From Euryarchaeota archaeon UBA220 (lineage in GTDB: Archaea > Thermoplasmatota > Poseidoniia > Poseidoniales > Thalassarchaeaceae), in the NCBI GenBank assembly GCA_002501885.1, contig DAON01000004.1, positions 1 through 33,570 of the forward strand: a stretch of 33,570 nt of DNA. Reading direction: 5' to 3'. How positions within the stretch are numbered: the stretch's first letter is position 1; each line of letters starts with the position of its first letter. Positions 18,801-26,700 of the stretch are shown piece by piece. Made by a program: the position numbers and the translations under genes. The notes under the pieces were generated by a model, which saw nothing but the letters and a program-made list of their open reading frames with translations, made no database searches and had not been told where the DNA came from.

Positions 18801-20199
18801 ATGGGATTTCAGTGGACTACCTAGAGAGGTCGCGACATACACCTTTACCATTTGGTCATCCGACAGTGATTTCTGTCAGGGATTCATCGATGAATGTACT
18901 CCTGCTGAGTTAACTCTGACTATTGATAACTCAAATAGCGAACCATTCATCAGTCTGATTTCTCCCTACGAAGGAGAGAGAGTTTCCGTTTCAACAGAGA
19001 CCGTCTTTGAAGGAGTGGCTAGAGATAACGATGGAACCGTTTCTAGAGTGGACTTTGAGATTAAAGATGTGTTGAACAACTACTTGCTGGTATCTTCGGG
19101 TTCGATATCAGATATAGAGCAAAATGGAGCATGGAGTCTAGTTTGGGACTCCACGGTATTGATTCATGATAGGCAGTATCTGGTCAGATTCAGATCTTAT
19201 GACGGCTATGACTACAGCGACTGGGCCGAAGTAACTATTGTTGCTGACAACCCTCCGGATGCGGGTAACTCTCAACCAACTTTCGACTCAACCGGTTGGG
19301 AGGATGAGATTGTTCTGTACTGTGAAACCAATTCCCAATCTCAGGATAGGTGTACCAAAGCCGAAATCGACTTGTTACAATTCTTCGACGACGCTGATGT
19401 AAATCAGAACCTAATTCTCTCAGTTTACGATAATGAGAATTTGGATACCGACGATCATCATGGTATAGTAATCAATGTCGGCACCGATGGAATGGCCGTG
19501 TACAATCCTGTTACTATGTTCTTCTATGATACGGATATGTCTACTTGGACACTAGAGAATGTGGTCTTCGTAGCCACCGATGTCTTCGGTTCTAAGATTA
19601 ATTCTAACCCTGTGACAATGACTGTAGAGGGAATTCAATTCACCATCACTCCGCCAGAAGACACCACTGTGTCTGAAGAGGGAATAGCCGTATTCACCGG
19701 CATTGGACTTCCCGGGAAGACAGTCACTGTCACCATAGCAGGAAATACGGTAAACAACACCATCGTTAATCCTGATTCTACATGGTCGATAGGGATTCCT
19801 GCATCTAGAATAGATGGTAGTGCAACTCCCACATTCAAATACGGAGGAGACAATTTTGAAGGCTCGATGATTACAGTTTCAGGAACTGGAGATGAGGGCA
19901 TGGGGATGGGTACAATTATCATTATCGTAATAGTAACTCTTGCCTTACTCGGCGGCCTAGTATACTTCTTTGTGGAGGTCGAGGTCGACGAGGATGAGAT
20001 GCTAGAAGGTACCGAAGAAGCCCATCAGGACACTGAAGAGGAGGAAGATCCGTACGCTTGGGCAAAGGAGTCTGAATCTATAGAAGATACCGAGCCCGAG
20101 CCCGAATCAAGATTGCAGAAGCACGACGACCATCCAGGCTGGCTTTGGGATCCCGATAACCAAGAATGGGTACCTGACCCTGATAACCCTCAGTCGTGA
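15859..20199 (+). CDS. Large surface protein: signal peptide, right-handed parallel beta-helix (pectin-lyase-like) region, Cys-flanked DGIDNDGD metal-binding motif, several Ig-like domains, TM anchor and acidic tail
   Basis: 1446 aa. Asn-ladder repeats (IIANELEG, ILNNDIG, AENNTIHD, LANNTIT, YDNTIN). CNDGIDNDGD...DEDC at 18031-18090. Ig-like motifs FEGTAFD, FEGVARDNDGTVSRVDF, IRAFDG and FRSYDG. TM at ~19912-19974. Confidence 0.88.
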   Translation: MADTNRTRSHMLVILMLSSLFVALVGPAAPVSANNETTSGIVSGTETWSGVHTLSGDVVISSGAKLIIEPGTTVIFPNGTHLDVRGNLCAGVSACGASGNSNTAQRITFQWTAPSNGSAIGECYGMSYGNQQIWIEDPSCYEGVLIRNSIDLSQTGLRYITIDGAWGIPYYIPTVYQWRYGALVIDGASPVLTEMEFSDINTTSVLTTNLAQPRFVGGEYVVGSDDSSGVRGSAVQIYGSGTPITPLTLESPELIGTNVGCSRQAPSRPAVWAQDAHIEITDATVAVGDYGISMQNSAGTISNSEFNVNCNGIDINSRKAVGNTDYEINLIGNEITTADGAPITVFQGGLANIIANELEGAEQSSGIAIESSEVKILNNDIGPVGGWNGLWMLGSFDVIAENNTIHDIAREPIRAGEYGSSAPSPSASRVYLANNTITTDGSGECSQTKYDDWDGDFTCPVVHAYRSGVSMYDNTINAAGSADGIRAVGALLNIQRNTFNVPGTGAIMKHYNDGYAGSQQFGTLAFFSHNTWAGVGMTYNVTKSSVTVQSEYIPSPPPGEYPVQLVWSDQEAWPANQFQTSVVPTFVKECPNCADFTPIGFPLSVGDGMGVSSAMDNNSTTFTFANLSNLDRTKIHIETQPTPYAVQVRRAEMVRFQTLVNGERVENTNVLIEDALGNDLYSLYTQDDGYTPWFALPSDFHLDIRGLGGGDNPDGFADDQYEDSCNDGIDNDGDLTVDMSDEDCDYLAGTRELSRYYYTAYRFGFGYARDDFTLTDTTLQDTINLVNSAPTVYVTQSDGHSFRKTVNLTGSAHDGNLAGVYGSDELAQWDQGGYVHEVQVKDPFTSEWSSAGLAVDTSGMSEGQVTKTNRPFSSWYYEIDMSNREEGDYVFEIRAFDGIDYSPIIYKSVKLNVQAPTISVTSPSSFSTHSEGSVTFEGTAFDNYGCPVDCSKDLGDIYFHIEGPNFDVTTPAEGGADWSWTWDFSGLPREVATYTFTIWSSDSDFCQGFIDECTPAELTLTIDNSNSEPFISLISPYEGERVSVSTETVFEGVARDNDGTVSRVDFEIKDVLNNYLLVSSGSISDIEQNGAWSLVWDSTVLIHDRQYLVRFRSYDGYDYSDWAEVTIVADNPPDAGNSQPTFDSTGWEDEIVLYCETNSQSQDRCTKAEIDLLQFFDDADVNQNLILSVYDNENLDTDDHHGIVINVGTDGMAVYNPVTMFFYDTDMSTWTLENVVFVATDVFGSKINSNPVTMTVEGIQFTITPPEDTTVSEEGIAVFTGIGLPGKTVTVTIAGNTVNNTIVNPDSTWSIGIPASRIDGSATPTFKYGGDNFEGSMITVSGTGDEGMGMGTIIIIVIVTLALLGGLVYFFVEVEVDEDEMLEGTEEAHQDTEEEEDPYAWAKESESIEDTEPEPESRLQKHDDHPGWLWDPDNQEWVPDPDNPQS

Positions 20200-20257
20200 T
20201 TCACGCAACGCTCGCTTGTCACGAAACTTCTTGTGTAGATGATTGCACTCGACGAAT

Positions 20258-22786
20258 ATGACAACCATGGCCGCTCCACGCCCGGGCGTTCAGGAACGCA
20301 TTCTACTTCACTTGAGAGACTATGTTGATCATGCAGACAAGGTCGAGGTGCCTTTCGCTTTATCTCAGATGGGAATAGCCAACGCAGTTGCCATCGCACG
20401 CTCAAATGTGCCCCGTGCAATAGCAGGAATGAGAGAACAAGGACATCTAATCGAAAGGCAAGCCCATGTTTCTGGTGTCTCGCGAAAGCGTAAGGCGTAC
20501 TTCCTTACTGAAGACGGAGCCAGTATTGCCGATGACATCTGGGCTAAGGTTAGTGCTCAGACCATTAGGCTGGTCCATCCAGATGGGCGCTCAGAGTCTA
20601 TGGAACTAGGGCAGGCTCTCGACTCTACCGATTTACCACTCAGGCATGTTGATTTCCTACGCTATCTGGATGAGACAGGTACAGTTGATCTGTCAAAACT
20701 ATCTCCAGAGCTGATTGAAAGAGATTTATCAAAGCACATCGAGAAGCAACTAGTCTCATCTCTGAACGACTTGCCTAGGACAAGGAGATTCTTCGGAAGA
20801 GAGGATGAGTTGGATAGCATGGTCGCACTCTTGGAGGACCACTCAAGCTCTATTCTAGTTCCTGGGATTGCAGGTATAGGAAAGACCTCACTTGCAGGAA
20901 AACTTCTCGAGCATTTTACTCACCGAAGAAATCTTCTCTATCATAGATGCCAAGACTGGGAGGGGTCAAGAGCATTCTTTGAAGCTACATCTGAATGGTT
21001 GTCTGCATTAGGCCATAATGATCTATCGGACTACCTTGCTGGCACCCCAGTGCCTCAAGCAAACTTGGCTGTAGACTTAATCATGGAAGGTCTGCAAGAT
21101 ACGCCCGCACTTATTGTGGTTGATGATTTACACAAGATTGGAGACGAGACTCTTATTTCCGCACTCAGATCAATGACCCTGAAAATCCCTGAACTAAATG
21201 ATGTAGGGCTTGTACTATTCTCGCGTTCTTTCAGAATGGTCGTGCCCGAATCAGACTCTTCAGGACGAATCGTCACTCTTGTAATGCCTCTGGAAGGGCT
21301 AGATCAGGATTCTAGTAGGCAAATTCTCACAGCAATGCCAAACATTGACACAACCCAGTTCTTGCACATCTACACACTATCTAGGGGCCACCCTCTAGTA
21401 CTCGAACTCATTAACAGAGGGAGCGTTGGAGAGACATTCCATGCCACTCTAGAAGCATTCGTTGAGCAGGAGATTTTCAGCAGATTGTCTGGTCCTGAGA
21501 AGAGATTACTGGGTGCTATTGCAGTCTTCAGAGAGCCTATGCCACTAGAGTCCATTAGTGACCTAAATACAGACACCGAACTTCTAGACAGCCTAGTCGA
21601 GAAAGGCCTTGCTAGACAAGCCGACAGTCAGCATTACGATGTTCACGATTTAGTTAGGGAGTTCCTTACTCGCTCGATGGATGACTCCCTAAGACAGGAA
21701 TTGCACAATAATGCCAAGGAGTGGTACAGAACTCGCTTGGAAACCGCAGCTGATAGGATAGAGTACATACATCATCTCAACGAGTCAGGAGGAATAGAAG
21801 ATCTCGCCGAAGTACTCTCCTCTGAAGGCCACAACCTAGTCAAGTCTGGACATACAGAACTGCTTGGTATTTTGAGGTCCTTGGAAAGAGAAGGTTTCGA
21901 CTCTAGAAGCTGGTGCATCATCCATGAGCTTAGAGGAGATATCCTCTCCATACAAGGCAGATGGGATGAAGCTGAGAGCGAGTATGATGCTGCCATCCCA
22001 ATCGCTCGAAAGAATGGAATGGCAGAGGAACTCTCTCGCCTACTTTCTGCAAGAGCCGATATCGCAGTGAAGCGAGGCGCAATGGATGATGCTTTGGAGA
22101 TGCACAGAAAAGCACTCGAAATACAGGTAAAACTCAGAGACTCAGTCGGTGCCGCTCGTTCTTACAATAACATGGGGTATATCTTCAGACGCAGAAGGGA
22201 TACTAGGCACGCACTAGAAGTCTATTCGAATGTAGAGAAACTATTGGAATCGGAACACCATCCAGAACTTTGTCAGGCTAGAATTAGAATGGCCGCAGCA
22301 TATCTCGAGATGGGTGAATTGGACCGGGCCAGAGAACATGCTCTCAGGGCATTCGAAGAAACAGAGGAAGGAGACTCTGACATCTCCCATGCTCGCGCTA
22401 TGGCAGTTCTAGGAAGATACTATGCTCGCGTCAAGGAGAATGAGTTGGCTATGCAATACTACTCCAAAGCTTTGGAAATTCTCTCAGATCAGACTGATCC
22501 ACACAGCGCCGTCGAGGTCTCGATGCTTCTAGGACAGGTTCTGAATGACGCAGACCGCAAAGAAGAGGCATCAGAGCAGTACATCGATGCCCTAGTTCTT
22601 GCTGAGGCCAATGACTTCAGGATGCTCCAAGGAGAAATCCTCGCCCGTCTTGGCGAGGTCGAGAGTGACAGATCCCAGAAGATGGACTACCTACAGCGTT
22701 CCTTATCGGTATTCAGAGAATTGGGAGCTGTAGACCGGATGAGAGAAGTTCAAAACTCGGTTCACAGGGCTGTAATGGGCAATTAG
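20258..22786 (+). CDS. STAND-class P-loop ATPase: N-terminal winged-helix domain, NB-ARC-like NTPase, C-terminal TPR repeats
   Basis: HTH-wing segment LSQMGIANAVAIARSNVPRAIAGMREQGHL...RKAYFLT; FFGREDEL; Walker A GIAGIGKT (20864); Walker B LIVVDDLH (21110); GHPL (GxP, 21386); VHDLVREF (MHD-like, 21641); TPRs such as ARSYNNMGYIF. ATG 20258 or 20267 is preferred over TTG 20243. Confidence 0.9.
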   Translation: MTTMAAPRPGVQERILLHLRDYVDHADKVEVPFALSQMGIANAVAIARSNVPRAIAGMREQGHLIERQAHVSGVSRKRKAYFLTEDGASIADDIWAKVSAQTIRLVHPDGRSESMELGQALDSTDLPLRHVDFLRYLDETGTVDLSKLSPELIERDLSKHIEKQLVSSLNDLPRTRRFFGREDELDSMVALLEDHSSSILVPGIAGIGKTSLAGKLLEHFTHRRNLLYHRCQDWEGSRAFFEATSEWLSALGHNDLSDYLAGTPVPQANLAVDLIMEGLQDTPALIVVDDLHKIGDETLISALRSMTLKIPELNDVGLVLFSRSFRMVVPESDSSGRIVTLVMPLEGLDQDSSRQILTAMPNIDTTQFLHIYTLSRGHPLVLELINRGSVGETFHATLEAFVEQEIFSRLSGPEKRLLGAIAVFREPMPLESISDLNTDTELLDSLVEKGLARQADSQHYDVHDLVREFLTRSMDDSLRQELHNNAKEWYRTRLETAADRIEYIHHLNESGGIEDLAEVLSSEGHNLVKSGHTELLGILRSLEREGFDSRSWCIIHELRGDILSIQGRWDEAESEYDAAIPIARKNGMAEELSRLLSARADIAVKRGAMDDALEMHRKALEIQVKLRDSVGAARSYNNMGYIFRRRRDTRHALEVYSNVEKLLESEHHPELCQARIRMAAAYLEMGELDRAREHALRAFEETEEGDSDISHARAMAVLGRYYARVKENELAMQYYSKALEILSDQTDPHSAVEVSMLLGQVLNDADRKEEASEQYIDALVLAEANDFRMLQGEILARLGEVESDRSQKMDYLQRSLSVFRELGAVDRMREVQNSVHRAVMGN

Positions 22787-23586
22787 CCAATAATCCTCTC
22801 TGGCTCGGACTGGCCTAGCCAATGGCTAAACTCCGGTCCACTTTGCCTGGATATCCCTATACTGCCGACGAATTTGTCTTCCATCGCCATAAGGACCTCA
22901 CTTTCAGCTAGATGAGGAGCGTTGTTTCTTTCAGAGAGGTGACATAACACAAGACTCTCTAATCTATTGCTAACAATCTCAGCCAGTGCATCTCCTGTCT
23001 GCGTATTAGACAAGTGACCCCCTCTTCCTGATATGCGTCGTTTGAGTGATTCAGGATAGGGTCCACTCATCAGTCTTGAATGATCATAGTTAGCCTCTAT
23101 TGATATGTGACTACACCCAGAAAGATGACGCATCAAATCGACAGTCAACTCGCCTAGGTCAGTCACTATTGCGGCTCTTCGACCGTCACCGTTGCTAGCA
23201 ATTACAGCCACATTATCGGCATCATCGTGAGGCACTGGTATAGGCATTAGACTAATCTCTTCACTAACTACTATTCTCTCTAAGGACTCGAAAGTTCTGC
23301 ATTCTGCCATCGGCTCCCATCCCATCCTAGTTGCAGTTTCAAGATTGGAATGTAAAACAGAGTCCCAGTTTTTTGAAGCGCGTAGGGCAGTTTTGGAGTG
23401 GTCGGAGTGGTGATGAGTGACTAATATGGCATCAATTGAAGACGGTTCTACACCAGCCAGTCCGAGCCTCGCCTCCATCTGCTTTAGAGAGAATCCACAA
23501 TCAATCAAGACACAAGTCTCTTCCGACCTAAGCAGGGTGGAATTTCCGGCACTTCCAGAGCCAAGATGGGTGATTTCCATTCCCAT
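22783..23586 (-). CDS. Metallo-beta-lactamase-fold hydrolase, YycJ/WalJ-like
   Basis: Motifs LGSGSAGNS, LIDCG, THHHSDH, VPHD, TDLG, IEANYD, YPESLKRRI, GHLSN and LCHLSERNN. Start at ATG 23586 or 23580. Confidence 0.92.
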   Translation of the reverse strand: MGMEITHLGSGSAGNSTLLRSEETCVLIDCGFSLKQMEARLGLAGVEPSSIDAILVTHHHSDHSKTALRASKNWDSVLHSNLETATRMGWEPMAECRTFESLERIVVSEEISLMPIPVPHDDADNVAVIASNGDGRRAAIVTDLGELTVDLMRHLSGCSHISIEANYDHSRLMSGPYPESLKRRISGRGGHLSNTQTGDALAEIVSNRLESLVLCHLSERNNAPHLAESEVLMAMEDKFVGSIGISRQSGPEFSHWLGQSEPERIIG

Positions 23587-23658
23587 ACGAGTTAGGCGGC
23601 ACAGGACCTCCTTGAACCAATCCATGAGAACGGCACATAGGGGCCAGTTTTCGTCTTA

Positions 23659-23741
23659 CGACGGCTACGCCGTCGGCGTACGCGCACATGCGCGTGTCCG
23701 AACGACGCTCCATCATCATGATAAGTCATCCAACGACGCTC
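23659..23741. repeat. Cluster of three overlapping palindromes plus a 10-bp direct repeat in a divergent intergenic region
   Basis: CGACGGC-TAC-GCCGTCG (23659-23675), TACGCCG-T-CGGCGTA (23666-23680), ACGCGCA-CA-TGCGCGT (23680-23695), and AACGACGCTC at 23701 and 23732. Confidence 0.65.
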
Positions 23742-23763
23742 AGTACACCAGTCAGGTGAAACC

Positions 23764-26700
23764 ATGCGCCGCAAGCAGACAGCCCTGCTCATCACACTAC
23801 TTATCCTTGGCAGTATGGCATTCGTCTCTCAGACCCGGCCACAGGCGTCAGTTTCCTCCACCGACCCAATTACTGCAGATCGAGGCGGACCTCCAGTTAC
23901 AGACGAAGATGGGGACAAGATTCCGGACTTGCATGAGTCAATCTTTGGAGATGTTAGACTAATTGAGAGTAGCACCGGAATCATCTCCATCAGTGGCCTT
24001 GATCCAATGAACTCGACAGACAATATGTCTGACCATGACAGAGATGGTGCGAGCGCCCTATTGGAATTCTGCTGGCCTTACACTCTAGACACCTGCTTTG
24101 ATCGTCTATCACTTACTGGTAAACCTCCCCAGTTCACTGACTCAGGACTCAGAGAATACCTTGATCCACGTGTTGCAGACACTGATGGAGATGGATTACC
24201 AGATGGTTATGAAATACACATGTGCACTGAAGGAGGCCTTGGGTATCAGAATGCAACTAACGCTTGGCAATGCCTCTGGTTTGATCCACTCGATCCTTCA
24301 GATTCTATTGAGGACATCGACGCCTGTGAAGATTTCACCTTTGGTTGTGGAGATGGCTTTGATGTCAACAGGGATGGATTAATCGACTTCGGAGAGAGAT
24401 ATACCAATTCGGAAGAATATCTGTATGGAACTCCTGATGATTGGATTACTGAGAGAGACGGCCTGTGGTGTGCTGGTGAGATACCTGGCCTTTCGAGAGA
24501 CTCCTGCCAGTCAGAAGTAGAGCGAGCAACGGGGGATGATGGCTGGCTGGGAAGTGATCCAACCGAGCCGGATTCCGATTATTACACTTGGTCGGAAGTT
24601 CTCGCAGTTGGCCTTGCAGTGCCTGGTGATGGAATTCCTGATGGCTGGGAAGTTCACTACGGACTGGATCCGAGGAACTCAAGCGATGCTATAGAAGATA
24701 CCGACATGGATGGCTGGGATTTAGACCGTGATGGATTCATCATTCCAGATATCTCTACTGCAACAGTCCATTGGGGAGAGGCATTCAGCAATTATGAAGA
24801 GTACATGATTCATCACGATGATGGGGCTTGGGTGACTCCCGGTTTGCGAGGCACTCAGATTACATCTCAACAAGAGTCTCCGATCTCATTTGACCAATCC
24901 ACTTCGCCCGGTTTGGTCGATGGGGCCGTGCACACAGTAGTCTCAGATCAATCTAGAGACCGCCTATTGGTCGGCTCCAAGTACGGGATTACTGCACTTG
25001 ATCCATTTGGAGGAACTGCATCCCTACATCCACTTCCTTCTGGAATAGAGATGAACACAATGTTCAGATGGACATCAGGCGATTTAGACTACCTCATAAT
25101 CGGCAGTAACATCGGCCTACACCATGTCATACTCGAAAATGGCCTACCTGATATGGGCACACTTACAGAATCCAACTTGGGGCCAATTGAACATATCTCG
25201 GAACTCGATACTGGAAGTGGAGATCTTGACCTCATGGTTTTCGGAAACTCCTCTGCATGGACAATGACTCTCAGCTCGATCGATAATGGAGTCGAACTAT
25301 CCACGGCCATCCTAAATGAAGCAATGAGCGAAATTCTTTCTGACGCAGGCGCCCAGACTAGAGATGCCGTCCATGTACCTATGTTCGGTCGAGGCCCCCT
25401 TCTCCTCGTAGGGACAGACGCTGGCCTAATTGCATGGAATACCACTGATGGCTCAACTTCAATTGGCAATCCCTGGTGGGTCTTTGACCGCGAGAATGCT
25501 GAAGAATTTGTGCAAAGGGCCGACTTGCTAAATATTTCCAAGTCTGCAATCGTCAATGCTTTGGTCAAGGCAGGGCCTTTGGATGCCACAGGAGAAGTCG
25601 AAGAAGTTACAGGAGTTTGGGTAGGGACTGCAGGCGGACTTCATCTTCTCGACCTACAACTCTTGATTCAGATGCCTAGGACCGCTTTCGACACTGAGCG
25701 TATGTACAACATTGAACGATGGCAGAACGGTGCCAACGACATTCATTCCATCCTCCCTATGGATGGCATGATCTATCTTGGATCTAGAGATGGTACTTGG
25801 TGCTTGGAAGGTGGCCATGCCGGGATTCTGGGGTTGGGCCTAAACCAGACTAGAATTCCAGGGCTAGTAACCTCGCTAACAACTCTCAAGCAAGGCTCCA
25901 ATATCTGGGTATTCACGGGGATTTCTCCGGGCAGATACATGAACATCATGCCAATCGATCCGACTTCAGTGGACTCCGACTTAGATGGCATGCCGGATGG
26001 TTGGGAATTCATCTATGGGTTGGACCCGACAGACCCCTATGACAGAGATCGCGACGCAGACGCAGATGGAGTCTACTACACATCTGCTGATGGCTTCACT
26101 TTGAGCCGTGATTGGACAAATCTAAATGAGTACAGATTCATCTCCTCTACTGAGGGTGGTTTCAATGGTAGTGATCCTAGAAACATGGATACCGACGGTG
26201 ATGGCCTGACAGATGGAGAGGAGTACTGGGGCTGGTTCGCAGATTCCACAAACTTCGACTGCCACTACCTAAATGACGAATATTTGTGTGATGAAGAGAC
26301 CGGACAACTGGCTAAGCAGGTGCATTTGGAAGGCTGGTTGGGTTCAGGAGCAGGGGGAGGGACTGATGGCCCAACAGATCCAACCAACGCAGACACAGAT
26401 GGCGACGGCATGCCCGATGGCTGGGAGATGGAACATCGTAGATGGATTGGAGATGTGTATAACGGAGGAAACCTTTGGACGCTCGATCCACGCGACCCCT
26501 CTGACAAAGATGAAGATGCAGATGGTGACGGCCTGAGTAATCTCTGCGAATACATGTGGTCCAATCTTCTTGAGACTGTTCTGAGAGAAGGATTGCCCAC
26601 TCACGGAGAGACAGCGGAGGCAGCTGCAAATTGGTCTGCTACTGATCCAAATAATATAGACTCAGATGGAGACTCTCTGCCGGATGGCTGGGAGGCCCGA

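Noticed and set aside
20258-23586. STAND ATPase plus MBL hydrolase as an Avs1-like antiviral system
   Set aside because: The genes are convergent rather than operonic, the MBL looks like housekeeping YycJ/WalJ, the STAND has no protease or nuclease effector, and the context is not a defence island.
4917-23675. GNA-loop hairpins as diversity-generating retroelement cis-elements or GTAG-type REP sequences
   Set aside because: I saw no reverse transcriptase, TR/VR pair or RAYT transposase. The stems share no sequence, and GTAG lies in the loop rather than at the foot of the stem.
23417-23962. 181-aa plus-strand ORF spanning the divergent region
   Set aside because: It overlaps two well-supported genes and has no recognisable motif, so it is a shadow ORF.
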